Positions 38,119 through 48,298 of a DNA stretch of 64,000 nucleotides are shown here, one piece after another. The stretch is from IMG/VR virus record IMGVR_UViG_3300044568_002742, positions 7,068 through 71,067 of that record; one strand, 5' to 3'. Each line of letters begins with the position of its first letter. Position 1 is the stretch's first letter. Source of the stretch: a virus. The notes beneath the pieces are model-generated. The model was not told the origin of the DNA. It did no database searches and saw only the letters and a program-made list of their open reading frames with translations. The position numbers and the translations under genes are program-made.

Positions 38119-38490
38119 ATGACTACACTTAGAGACAATATAGAACAAAACCTGCCATTTATCAGCGTAATAACATATGGTGGCAATGAATACATAGGAA
38201 TAATCATTAACCAAGATCAATATGTGACTAGCTTTTATGATTATAATTCAATCAAGACGCCAGAAGAAAAAACTGCGTTTTTAGAGATAGGAGAGATATG
38301 GTGGTGGGAATCTAACCGACAGTTTCCAATATCTATATTTTGTAAATCACAATTAAAACCGTATAGTCATGCGGTTAAAACATTTAATAGTAAGGATACT
38401 CGAATAATATTGGGCCCAGTTGTAAATTTAATGGAGCTTACTATTAAACGAGTAAAACGTAAATCAATCACTCTTGTTCGTAAAGGTTAA
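38119..38490 (+). CDS. Hypothetical phage protein
   Basis: PFIS...YIGII, WWWESNR.FPI; TAAATA upstream. Confidence 0.7.
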   Translation: MTTLRDNIEQNLPFISVITYGGNEYIGIIINQDQYVTSFYDYNSIKTPEEKTAFLEIGEIWWWESNRQFPISIFCKSQLKPYSHAVKTFNSKDTRIILGPVVNLMELTIKRVKRKSITLVRKG

Positions 38491-39045
38491 TTGTTCTATT
38501 AACAAGTTCATTTGTACAACGATGGCCATCGCGTAACTAATCGCATGTGCCTTCTTAAAGTAATATTCATTTGTGGTTGGTTTAATCCAGACCTCGTTCA
38601 TTATCGTAATCCAGTCTTTCCCAATCAGATAACGCTTTGCGGGTCTTATCATCGATAGGACGGCAGCTAATTGTTCCACTGAAGTCGGCTGGGTCGTTCT
38701 CAGAATATCTCCGTGCCCGTTCAAATGAAATAGCAGATTTACAAATTCGTCTTGTTTTAATAGGTCCCATATAGGCTCAGTCTCCATAAGGTTAGATAAG
38801 TGTTCATGGTCTCTCACGCCATTATACACATGTACATTCAAGAAATCTATCTTAAAGTATCCTCTTTTTTCAGCAGTCTTATAATCTATTGTACTCAAAT
38901 TAGTAATTGGATTATAAGGAATTGCATGTACATACACTCCAGTATTATGAACATTCAATTCGACATCAGTTTGCCGTGATGCCACTATATGTTTTAGTTT
39001 ATTCAATGCTTCTTTTCTATCGAAGAAATCTATATCGATATCCAT
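38464..39045 (-). CDS. Miniature DNA polymerase III alpha (DnaE)-like protein
   Basis: DIDIDF, HNTGVY, GYFKIDFL, LAA..S.IRP, YYFKKAHAISYA. Confidence 0.7.
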   Translation of the reverse strand: MDIDIDFFDRKEALNKLKHIVASRQTDVELNVHNTGVYVHAIPYNPITNLSTIDYKTAEKRGYFKIDFLNVHVYNGVRDHEHLSNLMETEPIWDLLKQDEFVNLLFHLNGHGDILRTTQPTSVEQLAAVLSMIRPAKRYLIGKDWITIMNEVWIKPTTNEYYFKKAHAISYAMAIVVQMNLLIEQLTFTNKSD

Positions 39046-39740
39046 TATAATCTCGATGCCGTAATTACTTCGTTGACAATCGCAACATCATTTGGTAGTT
39101 TTCTAAATCGCATCATCCAAAATTGTGGGTCGATGACTACACTGATTGCCGACAATTGCCCATCATCTAGTTTCTTCAAAAGAGATTTTCCAGATTGACA
39201 ATTAAGTATCAACCAGGGACTAATCTTACCATCTTTTATGTCATAGGTAGCACGTGATAAACTTACATAAGAGAAGTATTGATCCCATGAGGAATTATTA
39301 ACATCCGCCCATTCTAGCATGTGATTGATACTACGTTCTAGGGCAGTAGCGACATTTTCTGTTCTTATTAGATCAACTACGTACTTATCATATAAGTCAT
39401 CTCTACACCAATGATCTAATTTAACCCCACTACGCACTACGTACTGGATAAACTTAAATGGATACAAAGGCTTAACGTTGCTTACAAAACTTCCAAACTT
39501 TACAAAAGCATTATAATAAGGACTTTTACAAAAATCTAGATAAACTAATTCAACTTGTCTATTTTGATTTTGTTTAAGAAATGTATTATATGCTTCAAAT
39601 CCCAACACTACATGTTTTTCATTTTGGGCTAATGCTCTGCGTTTTTGCTCGCAAACATGCGTGAAAAGTGTACTTTCCCGTGTATAGCCGTGATTGCAAT
39701 ATTGACAAATATAAGGTTTCGTAGTTGCTAATGCCATCAT
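39045..39740 (-). CDS. Hypothetical protein with N-terminal zinc finger
   Basis: CQYC...H.C. Confidence 0.7.
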   Translation of the reverse strand: MMALATTKPYICQYCNHGYTRESTLFTHVCEQKRRALAQNEKHVVLGFEAYNTFLKQNQNRQVELVYLDFCKSPYYNAFVKFGSFVSNVKPLYPFKFIQYVVRSGVKLDHWCRDDLYDKYVVDLIRTENVATALERSINHMLEWADVNNSSWDQYFSYVSLSRATYDIKDGKISPWLILNCQSGKSLLKKLDDGQLSAISVVIDPQFWMMRFRKLPNDVAIVNEVITASRL

Positions 39741-40228
39741 TTTAATGCTTTTTTAATTTCAGTTTCTGTCAGACCACAATCCTTAGCCAGCGATTTTAAT
39801 TCTTTATCTGTTATAATTGATGCCAGTATTTCAATATCGACCATTTTTTTATTAGGATAGAAATCAGCTAAGAATGCTATTTTTTTATTGTTACTTTTTC
39901 CTGTTTTCTTTTTGTTTCCAATCCATTCATGATAGAATAATTTCTTACCATCATAACTGCACATACATAACAATTGCCATAATAGTTTTGGATGTTTCTG
40001 TATAGTGTTCCAGTCTTTGTTAAAATATTCATTTACAGATAGGACAAAATGTTCTTGTATTTCTCTAGTAGTACCCTTTACATTACTGATATAACGATTG
40101 AGATTGTATAAGTCGCCAATAATTTCTTTACGACCTTCCTCGGTTGATGCATCCCACAAATCTTTTATTCCAAGATCTACAGCTGGTATCATATCTTTAA
40201 ATAGATCTATATGTGTATTTTTGCCCAT
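39737..40228 (-). CDS. Hypothetical protein (possibly clamp-loader small subunit-like)
   Basis: Y.LNRY.S motif, replication context. Confidence 0.4.
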   Translation of the reverse strand: MGKNTHIDLFKDMIPAVDLGIKDLWDASTEEGRKEIIGDLYNLNRYISNVKGTTREIQEHFVLSVNEYFNKDWNTIQKHPKLLWQLLCMCSYDGKKLFYHEWIGNKKKTGKSNNKKIAFLADFYPNKKMVDIEILASIITDKELKSLAKDCGLTETEIKKALK

Positions 40229-40268
40229 ATGGTATTATATCCTATCTAGTGTAAAAAGTAAATAACTA

Positions 40269-40901
40269 TTATTCAAGATTATCTTTTGGTTCTAATGCGA
40301 CATCAAATGCCATTACTGTCCTATGACCAGTACCATTCCACGGATACACGGTATGTGGCAAATGACTGGGAAATAGTATAACGGTACCTGCTTGTGGATT
40401 ATACTTCCAGGTATCGTTCATGATAAATTTACCAACATCTTTAGTAAATGGTAATCTAAATAATATTTGACTGTCAGATGGCAAACTATCAAATGCCAAA
40501 TCTGGAGTACTTATGTACATATTACCACTTAAATTGCCACCAGGATGAGTGTGCATTTCTTGATATTGTCCCGCATATTGGCGAATAGTCCATATACTAG
40601 TTACTGTTGGTTTACAATATTTTAACTCCTCAGTACCTGATTGTGCGATAATCAATTCTAAATATCCTTGGCAGATTGTCTCCAACCAAGATATCAACCA
40701 AGATACATCTAATCCAATTTCATTTGGGTATACTTGTATTTGTTGACCACCTCGAATACTGATGAGTGGATTATTTGCATCATTTAATTCAGGTCTTCCA
40801 TGTAACATCTCTGCCAAATTATAAATCTGGCTAAATTCCACTGGTGGAATTTGATCTATCGCAATAGTTACTGGTTGAAAATATGCTACTTTTAATGCCA
40901 T
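40269..40901 (-). CDS. 2OG-Fe(II) oxygenase-like (TIGR02466 type)
   Basis: HTHP...LSG..Y, G..ILFPS.L.H.V.P, R...AF. Confidence 0.8.
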   Translation of the reverse strand: MALKVAYFQPVTIAIDQIPPVEFSQIYNLAEMLHGRPELNDANNPLISIRGGQQIQVYPNEIGLDVSWLISWLETICQGYLELIIAQSGTEELKYCKPTVTSIWTIRQYAGQYQEMHTHPGGNLSGNMYISTPDLAFDSLPSDSQILFRLPFTKDVGKFIMNDTWKYNPQAGTVILFPSHLPHTVYPWNGTGHRTVMAFDVALEPKDNLE

Positions 40902-40914
40902 GGCTATATTCCTA

Positions 40915-41442
40915 TTAAAGTAATTTATCTAAATGTATCATTTCACTTTGTCTGGAAACTTCTTTCACAAAGTAAGCACATTCAGGTTTATGTGTAGATT
41001 GTAATGGGGTTGCTAATAATTGCCCATTTTTCATTTTTGGAAAATACCACTTCACATCATTGTAAAAGTTTATAATCTCAACTGGTTTAAATTCTAATCT
41101 AAATGAACTAAGTGGATTATATATGAATGCATCGAATCCCCTATCATTTAAACTAGTTAATGGTAGTATTTCAATATTGGTCGCACTACTACTATCACCA
41201 ACCGCTATACACCAATCTAACGGCATAGTTACTTCATCATCGCCAATTTTTAGTACCATTGCCGGAGCATTGAATGATTCTAAAAATATCAATGGGACGA
41301 AAAAGAAATCTGGGTCTTGAGGATTGCTGTTGTCCAATACAGCAAATCTAGTAGTATCATCTACTTCATCTGGTAGATTATTTAATGAAAATGTAATGTT
41401 GTCTAATGTTAAAATTTGCATGTATGTCCTTATTTGTTCCAA
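40915..41442 (-). CDS. Hypothetical phage protein (likely start 41421)
   Basis: Long ORF coupled to the UvsW-like gene. Confidence 0.7.
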   Translation of the reverse strand: MEQIRTYMQILTLDNITFSLNNLPDEVDDTTRFAVLDNSNPQDPDFFFVPLIFLESFNAPAMVLKIGDDEVTMPLDWCIAVGDSSSATNIEILPLTSLNDRGFDAFIYNPLSSFRLEFKPVEIINFYNDVKWYFPKMKNGQLLATPLQSTHKPECAYFVKEVSRQSEMIHLDKLL

Positions 41443-42896
41443 TCTACTTTTGTTAAAGTGAAAGGGTATTTTGCATCTTTATAAAATTTCTTCCTTTCGG
41501 TAAGATGCCGTTTAGCAAACTTACAAGTAGAAGTAATATCCCATATTTGTACAAAGTCCTTATCTTCCGCCTTCCTAATACCTCGGCCAATAGATTGTAT
41601 AACTCTGGTAAAACTCTTGCCTGATTCCAATATGACTAAATTAAATATACGGGGAATATTCAAACCTACTGCGGCAACTCCATATGTCGCTACAATAATT
41701 TTGTTATCACTAGTTCTAATTTCATCATATTCGATCTTTCTATCTTTTGTTTTAACATCACCACTTACAAAAACAGCACCATCAATTTCATTAATGAGAA
41801 ACTTTCCAGAATCAATTCTATTGACCAATACTAGTGTGTTACCAGTTTCCGCAATTGTTTTAATCATTTTACTAATGTATATCATTCTATCATCATTGGT
41901 AACTAGATACTTCAATTCATCCGCATATGCGACAAATTCGGGCAAGTCAATCAACTGTGTGATATTCACATGACATCCAGACAGTACGCCTATTTCTTGT
42001 AATTCGTGTGCCTTAATACCACCTACTACTCGTCCTAAACTGGCAAATATACTTTCATATTCAAATGCCAACTTGGGAACAGTACCGGTCAATCCCCAAC
42101 GAATTGGAGCATTACACAAGTTCTGGGTTAACAGATTTTTTAGAACATCAGCTTTTGCCATATGCACTTCGTCAACAATAACGGTTTTAACTTCATGTAA
42201 AAATTCAGCTAAGGTAATTACATCATGTTCAGAATTCTTACTTTTCTTATCAAAAATATTAAGACTTTGCCAAGTACAAATAGTATGGGTCTTATACAAA
42301 TCTTTACGATCTCCATAATAAACACCAACATCCAATCCACAATTGATAAAATCTTCTTCTGTCTGTTCTACCAATGATTTATTCGGGACAATGATTATTG
42401 ACCGACCAAATTGTTCAGACAATTGTGATAAGGTAGCAGTAGTGATTGTCTTACCCGCACCAGTGGCAATTTCCTGTAATGATTGTGGATTCGTCAAGAA
42501 CGCATTGACTGCAGCAACTTGATAATCTCGCAACATAATTGGCTGTCCTGCCTGTCCATGACCAGGTGGCCATACTTTGCCTTGATCAGCCCAATAATTT
42601 TCTGTCACCATATTGAATGTTAGATTGATTGGTGTTCTTTCATCAACCACATCCTCAATTGCAATTCCCATGCTATCAAGAATTTCCAATATTGTTTCTA
42701 ATTGGCTCAGATAGCCATTGCCACCTAGACCAAATAAACTTACCGTACCATCCCATCTGCCCAACTTAAAAGAAGGACGATGACGGGCAGTTGGATCTTC
42801 ATATTTAAATTTTGCTGCTAATTTTTTTCTTGCGACAAGAGGTAAATTTTCTAATTTTATGTTTACCTCATCTCTAATGATTAATCTTACTGACAT
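41430..42896 (-). CDS. uvsW: SF2 helicase (UvsW-like)
   Basis: LRDYQ, ATGAGKT, VDEVH, GLTGT, QSIGRGIR. Confidence 0.85.
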   Translation of the reverse strand: MSVRLIIRDEVNIKLENLPLVARKKLAAKFKYEDPTARHRPSFKLGRWDGTVSLFGLGGNGYLSQLETILEILDSMGIAIEDVVDERTPINLTFNMVTENYWADQGKVWPPGHGQAGQPIMLRDYQVAAVNAFLTNPQSLQEIATGAGKTITTATLSQLSEQFGRSIIIVPNKSLVEQTEEDFINCGLDVGVYYGDRKDLYKTHTICTWQSLNIFDKKSKNSEHDVITLAEFLHEVKTVIVDEVHMAKADVLKNLLTQNLCNAPIRWGLTGTVPKLAFEYESIFASLGRVVGGIKAHELQEIGVLSGCHVNITQLIDLPEFVAYADELKYLVTNDDRMIYISKMIKTIAETGNTLVLVNRIDSGKFLINEIDGAVFVSGDVKTKDRKIEYDEIRTSDNKIIVATYGVAAVGLNIPRIFNLVILESGKSFTRVIQSIGRGIRKAEDKDFVQIWDITSTCKFAKRHLTERKKFYKDAKYPFTLTKVDWNK

Positions 42897-42914
42897 TTAA
42901 TATTCCTTATTATT

Positions 42915-44093
42915 TCAATAACAGCTCTCCATTAGAAGAGGGGCATGTTCTGAATGTGTTATTATTAAATCACATCGAGCAGCATATATTGATGTTTTAC
43001 TACTATGTAAATTGTTACTGAAACTGTTGCTAAGGGAAATTACACTCATTGGTTGCCAATCGGTTCGTATAAAGAACTTTGGTAATTTACTAAAATGCAC
43101 ACCTGCCACTACTGTATTGTTATCCAATAAACAATTATATTTTTTTTCAGAAATTATATGGTTGAACTCATGTCCACATGAATTTTTCAACCTAACATAA
43201 ATTCCTATTTTATCACAAATACCAACTTCCTCCAAGGCATTTGATACTTCTTTTAATTTTTGGGTAGCCAATAAAGGATCAAATGTATCAAATGTAAAAA
43301 GAATTGGGAGTCGTTGTAATTCTATTAATGAACGGAGTATATCAACTAATGAATATTTCATGCTATCAATCCATATTTTGGAAGTTTTTCTGGTAGCAAT
43401 CATGCCGGACAATGTCGTTTCATCAACCGAATGTTCAGCTATATATTGATACCGATGTCCACGATCCATTATTATTAATTTGTCAGTCACATTCGCAGAT
43501 TGTAAATTATCTGGTAATTCAGTTAATATATTTTTATCAACGATATTTGATACTAAAAATTGATTTCTAATAGTATCTTCATCCCAGGCAGATATGATAG
43601 AATAATAATTTAACAGATTTGTGTCAATGTCAAAGCCACATTCTTTCAACATAGCTACAAGTGCGTAGATATTTTTTTCAGTAATGTCAGCATGGTATAA
43701 TTTACCATTGGTAATTTGACGTACAAAATTACACTTGAACATTAACGAACGTAATGCTGGGGAGTATGAAAATGAAATGACTATCACGGGTATGTCATTA
43801 TGAACAGATAAAAATAATTTTCGAATATTTTCTATCTGTCTAAATGGCGCAGACCAATTTGATGGTGTTGATAATATCTGCTCGATTGACGCATCTTTAA
43901 TAGCTAGAGCTAATTGATGTCTAGTAAGGACACTGACCAACAATTTAGATTGATCTTCGGTAATGAACCAGTTATTATTTACTGCGGATGCCAGACTACG
44001 TAATAGCTTTACATCTTTAGGTGGTAGTAGTGTTTCTAATGGAATTTCAGAATCACCAACTAGGTGTATTAATAATTGATCTATAGTTTTCAT
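42915..44093 (-). CDS. Hypothetical protein
   Basis: TTGACT-17-TATAAT promoter ends 7 nt before the MKTIDQ start. Confidence 0.7.
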   Translation of the reverse strand: MKTIDQLLIHLVGDSEIPLETLLPPKDVKLLRSLASAVNNNWFITEDQSKLLVSVLTRHQLALAIKDASIEQILSTPSNWSAPFRQIENIRKLFLSVHNDIPVIVISFSYSPALRSLMFKCNFVRQITNGKLYHADITEKNIYALVAMLKECGFDIDTNLLNYYSIISAWDEDTIRNQFLVSNIVDKNILTELPDNLQSANVTDKLIIMDRGHRYQYIAEHSVDETTLSGMIATRKTSKIWIDSMKYSLVDILRSLIELQRLPILFTFDTFDPLLATQKLKEVSNALEEVGICDKIGIYVRLKNSCGHEFNHIISEKKYNCLLDNNTVVAGVHFSKLPKFFIRTDWQPMSVISLSNSFSNNLHSSKTSIYAARCDLIITHSEHAPLLMESCY

Positions 44094-44158
44094 TGAAGGT
44101 ATTATACACCAGGAATTAAGAAAAGTCAATAGGTATATTAGAAATATACCTATTATAA

Positions 44159-44614
44159 TTATATATTTGCGTCTTCCATACCGGCTACACGTAACCGAAT
44201 TATGTTGCTTAACGCATATGATTTTTGGTCAAAAGCTTTCGTGATACCCAACCATTTATTTCGTATGAGGGCAAACTCATTGATCATTTTTTCAAAGTCA
44301 ACAACGTCTGCCTCACCTTCAATAAATCGATCACAATCTCTGCTACTTAAAGCTCGATTATAATTTTCTAGATATTTTCTAAAATGTTGGCTTTTTAATC
44401 TACGAAGTTCGATGTTAAGGTATTCTAAAATTGCTTCGATCTCTTGTAATTGACCGAACCTATGCTCAACAAGACCTGGCATTGATGCCGCTGCTTTTTC
44501 AACATTGCCAACAATATTACATTCTCGTTTCGCAACTAATATTTCAGATTCGAAGAACGCAATAGCTGTTGGAATTTTAGTTATATCTCTAGCTATATCA
44601 GAATACCAACTCAT
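44159..44614 (-). CDS. uvsY: Recombination mediator UvsY-like
   Basis: Coiled coil; K.Y.LSNII.LR C-terminus; next to UvsX. Confidence 0.6.
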   Translation of the reverse strand: MSWYSDIARDITKIPTAIAFFESEILVAKRECNIVGNVEKAAASMPGLVEHRFGQLQEIEAILEYLNIELRRLKSQHFRKYLENYNRALSSRDCDRFIEGEADVVDFEKMINEFALIRNKWLGITKAFDQKSYALSNIIRLRVAGMEDANI

Positions 44615-44865
44615 TAAAAATCCAAGTCTTTAATGTCGTCATCATCCTCTTCTTCATCCTCATCATCTTCAAGATAATAAGCAATAGCTTGATCCAATAC
44701 AGGATCTGCTCCAGTAGCACCTTGCAGTACTCTATCACGAACGCCATAATCTGCCAGCATTTCTATATATCTTTCGGCAACTAGTTCTGTTTGCTTCTTA
44801 TCGATGTAATCAGAAAATAATAGCCAAAAATCCCCTATTTGTGTTTCATTCAACATATTCTTCAA
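44614..44865 (-). CDS. Hypothetical acidic protein
   Basis: ORF track; acidic tail. Confidence 0.65.
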   Translation of the reverse strand: MKNMLNETQIGDFWLLFSDYIDKKQTELVAERYIEMLADYGVRDRVLQGATGADPVLDQAIAYYLEDDEDEEEDDDDIKDLDF

Positions 44866-45925
44866 TTTCCTCTAATGTATCTTCAATTGTAATAATTGAA
44901 CTTGGATTAGCGGCGAATTCTACCATAACAGTATCTAAACATGCATTAGTGTTATGTTCCCATTCTTTACGATACTGTTTAAGTTCAGTACCATCCGCCA
45001 ATACATATTTAAGTCTATTGCCGTCTTTTTGTAAAAGTCCTTTTTGTTCAAAGACATCAACCAAACCACTATATGGGTTCATCCCAGTAGTATATGGTAT
45101 TTTTAATTGAACACCTTCAAATGGTTTTGAATATCTAGTTTTCATAATTTTACAAGCAGCTCTAATACCATTAACTTCTTTGGTTTTATTACCGTCGAGA
45201 TCTTCTTTTAGTTTCATTTTCTTCATCGCAACTACAATAGAGGATGCATAAACGAAACCTTGCCCACCTGAAATTTTATCATCAGGATCAAACATATCCT
45301 GCGAGGCATATGTATGATTGGTACATACCATACCGACATTATAGCTACCAAACATATTAACACAATTACGAACAAGTGCGGTAAGTGCTTTAGGTTTGCG
45401 ACCCATATCACCTTTTAAGTCACCTGCTTCAAACTGGTTAATGTCTGTGGGGGTAAGTAACATGCCCAATGAATCAATAACAAACAATACTTTAGGACGA
45501 TTTTCTTCTGGCATTGTTTTATATTCTTTCATAAACTCACTGATTGTTTTAGCTACATCATCGATCATAGCCATATTGAGTTTAAGCAGGTGTTCCTCAC
45601 TGGTATTAACACCGAGTGCTTGTAACCAAGATTCATCTAAAGCATTTTCACTATCGATTAATACAACATAGATGCCTTGTTCTTGTGCGTGTTTTACAAT
45701 GTTACCTGAACAAATGTAACTCTTACCAGCACCAGACTCTCCTGCAAATACAGTAACTTTTCCAAGTGGAATACCTTTATTAAAGTCTGAGCTAATAAGA
45801 TAATTGAGAGCATAGTTTCCAGTGCTTACCCAATCAGTAGGATCATTAAATCCTACACCTAATCCATCAATACTTTTGGTTAGGGTTTTACGAAATTTTG
45901 ATAAATCGAAGGCTTTTGTCGCCAT
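44846..45925 (-). CDS. uvsX: RecA-like recombinase UvsX
   Basis: AGESGAGKS, IDSENA, VIDSLG, TNHTY, SGG.G..YASS. Confidence 0.9.
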   Translation of the reverse strand: MATKAFDLSKFRKTLTKSIDGLGVGFNDPTDWVSTGNYALNYLISSDFNKGIPLGKVTVFAGESGAGKSYICSGNIVKHAQEQGIYVVLIDSENALDESWLQALGVNTSEEHLLKLNMAMIDDVAKTISEFMKEYKTMPEENRPKVLFVIDSLGMLLTPTDINQFEAGDLKGDMGRKPKALTALVRNCVNMFGSYNVGMVCTNHTYASQDMFDPDDKISGGQGFVYASSIVVAMKKMKLKEDLDGNKTKEVNGIRAACKIMKTRYSKPFEGVQLKIPYTTGMNPYSGLVDVFEQKGLLQKDGNRLKYVLADGTELKQYRKEWEHNTNACLDTVMVEFAANPSSIITIEDTLEEIEEYVE

Positions 45926-45980
45926 ATAATTCTCCTAGTAGAAATAGTGGGGAGATCCATTCTCCCCACTGGTTATGATA

Positions 45981-46961
45981 TTATTGTGCTTGACTGCGAC
46001 TACGAATCATCGCAAGTATATCTTGAGCACGGTTATCACTACTAGTTGTTTCTACAGCAGTAGTTTCTACAACGGGAGTTTCAACAACAGTTGTTTCGAC
46101 GATACCAGAAGTTGATTGTACTGGTGCACGTTGAGTTGCTTGAGTTGGATCACCAGTTGCTTGGTTTAATCCGGCTGGTTTGAAGTATTGTCCCCAACGT
46201 GCCGCATCATATGCTTCACCATCGACCGATGCTTCAAACATTTCCATCATAACACGTAATTCAACGTCATTTGGTTTTTTAGGTAGGAAGCTGGATAGGT
46301 TATTCAATCCATGTTTAGAAACTGAAGATTGTTCAATATCAGTTAATGGACGTGTACGACGACTCCAATTAGAAGTAGAGTAATCAGCATATCCGCCTTT
46401 ACTTCCTTTTTTCAATCTGAAATCCAGACCATTAACATAATCAGTTGGCATATCTTCTAATTCTGGATCAACCAATGCTGCTTTAATTAATGTGAAAATT
46501 TGTGGACCGATAATAAATCTACGTACTGGATTTTCTGGTTTATCTTGTTCATTCAATCCATCTTCAGCTACTAATCCTTGAAAGATATATGAACGTTTTT
46601 TCCAATATTTTCTTCCCATCTCTTCCATAGCTGGATCTTTGAACCAACCTCTAACTTCTGATAGAATTGGACATACTGATCCATCATTGTACATTTCTAC
46701 ACATGGGACCTGTACTGTAATTTGTTTACTATCCGCTTCGCCTTTAATACCCGCGAATGGTAATTTAATCATTGCTCTTTCTACCCAAAAGTAAATGTTG
46801 TCTTGATCGCCGTCTGGGAGAAATCGAAGGACTGAGTCTTTGCCTTCTTGGATATTCCAAAATGGATAAATTGAATTATCACTTTGAAATCTTTGATTTG
46901 TATCTGAAGAACCTGTTTCAGATTGTTTTAATTTTGCACGAATTTCTGCTAATGTAGCCAT
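45981..46961 (-). CDS. Single-stranded DNA-binding protein (T4 gp32-like)
   Basis: LRFLP, C....CP, YWKKRSY, G.DF.L.K...G.YADY..S. Confidence 0.85.
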   Translation of the reverse strand: MATLAEIRAKLKQSETGSSDTNQRFQSDNSIYPFWNIQEGKDSVLRFLPDGDQDNIYFWVERAMIKLPFAGIKGEADSKQITVQVPCVEMYNDGSVCPILSEVRGWFKDPAMEEMGRKYWKKRSYIFQGLVAEDGLNEQDKPENPVRRFIIGPQIFTLIKAALVDPELEDMPTDYVNGLDFRLKKGSKGGYADYSTSNWSRRTRPLTDIEQSSVSKHGLNNLSSFLPKKPNDVELRVMMEMFEASVDGEAYDAARWGQYFKPAGLNQATGDPTQATQRAPVQSTSGIVETTVVETPVVETTAVETTSSDNRAQDILAMIRSRSQAQ

Positions 46962-47050
46962 TGTTATATTCCCTTATATTTGCCTTAATTGGACTTTAGT
47001 TTTTGCCTTTAGTTAGCTAAGCAACCTTGCTTAACTAAAAATACATACAT

Positions 47051-47167
47051 ATTATATGCGATATTATTTATCTTGTCAAGTTTTATTTTAACAATTTGTT
47101 GATAAAGAATTAGTTCTAACTCAACAACGCATATAAGGATTATACACGCCGTTGGTTATATTGTCAA
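47051..47167 (-). promoter_or_regulatory. Two tandem sigma70 promoters upstream of the SSB gene
   Basis: TTGACA-17-TATAAT at 47079-47051 and 47167-47139. Confidence 0.75.
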
Positions 47168-47179
47168 GCTATTTTTTAA

Positions 47180-48298
47180 TTATTTTCCACTCAAACTTAT
47201 TATTCTAGCAAGATCTTGGTCATACCCAAATGATACATGTTCACTAATGGGTGATGCCAATTCTGCATTTTGTTTAGCGGCATAATCAGAGCCAAATTCT
47301 TTTTCATAGGCCAGCACACGTTGTGTATCTGGACCCATTATGCCATCAGGTTTCAGTTCGTATCCTTTAGCGATTAATTCTTTTTGTAGTTTAAGTACTG
47401 CTGGGTCTGCTTTTGTAGTAGGGTGTGGAGCAGGAGCGGGTGCAGGAGCGGGTGCAGGAGCGGGTGCAGGAGCGGGCGCTGGTGGTTCAGTAGGAATATC
47501 TGCAGCTGAAAATGGTTTTGCCGCTGCTGGATCTACTGATGGAATATTTGCTGCCGAAAATGGCTTAGCTTGTCCAGGTTTACGTTGGTTAGCTCGTGCA
47601 GTACCAGTAATATCCATAGAGTTTTCATCAGGTATTGGTTGACCAAAAAAAGATGCCTCTACCATATTCATATATTTCTTCATAGAATCACTCAACGAAA
47701 TGTCTTCTTTTAAACCAAATTGACTGCCAGTGGATTTTGATTGTGCTGCTGCTTGATCCCATGCAGATGTAGGTGCTGCTGGTTGTGCGCCAGTAGCAGG
47801 TTTCGAAGCAGCTAAATTGTATGCATGTTGTTGTTCTGGAGACATTTTAAGATAAGCATCCATTTCCGTTGCTCTATCATGTGCACCACCTGTTGCAAAT
47901 TCTTGCTGAGCTGCTTGCGTGGCAGGTCCCATAATGCCATCAGCTTTAATTTTTGCACCACGAGCTATTAATTCTTTTTGAATTCTCAAAACTTCTGGAT
48001 CTGGTGCTTGACGAGGTTTAGCAGCGGCTGGCTTAGCCTGTGGTTTGGCAGCAGTACCGGCAGCAGTACCGGCAGCAGTTTGGGCAGCGTTATATCCCTT
48101 GGAAACATCACCGGAAAAACCCTTAATGGCATTGGTAATACCAGGTTGTTTTGTAGCCCATCTATTGGCAATGTCAGAACCTATTCCACCAAGCCATTCG
48201 CCAACACCATCATTTAGTTGTGAATTTTCAATTATTGCCATTTTTTCTTGTAAGGCTGATACTTTTTGATTTAAATCTTGTTCTGTAACTTTTTTCAT
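47180..48298 (-). CDS. Ala/Pro-rich protein with two peptidoglycan-binding (PG_binding_1-like) motifs
   Basis: V..IQ.EL...G....ADGIMGP.T and V..LQ.EL...GY...DGIMGP.T. Confidence 0.7.
   Translation of the reverse strand: MKKVTEQDLNQKVSALQEKMAIIENSQLNDGVGEWLGGIGSDIANRWATKQPGITNAIKGFSGDVSKGYNAAQTAAGTAAGTAAKPQAKPAAAKPRQAPDPEVLRIQKELIARGAKIKADGIMGPATQAAQQEFATGGAHDRATEMDAYLKMSPEQQHAYNLAASKPATGAQPAAPTSAWDQAAAQSKSTGSQFGLKEDISLSDSMKKYMNMVEASFFGQPIPDENSMDITGTARANQRKPGQAKPFSAANIPSVDPAAAKPFSAADIPTEPPAPAPAPAPAPAPAPAPAPHPTTKADPAVLKLQKELIAKGYELKPDGIMGPDTQRVLAYEKEFGSDYAAKQNAELASPISEHVSFGYDQDLARIISLSGK

Noticed and set aside
47425-47480. GCAGGAGCGGGT tandem repeat
   Set aside because: It simply encodes the (PA)n linker of the 47180-48298 protein.
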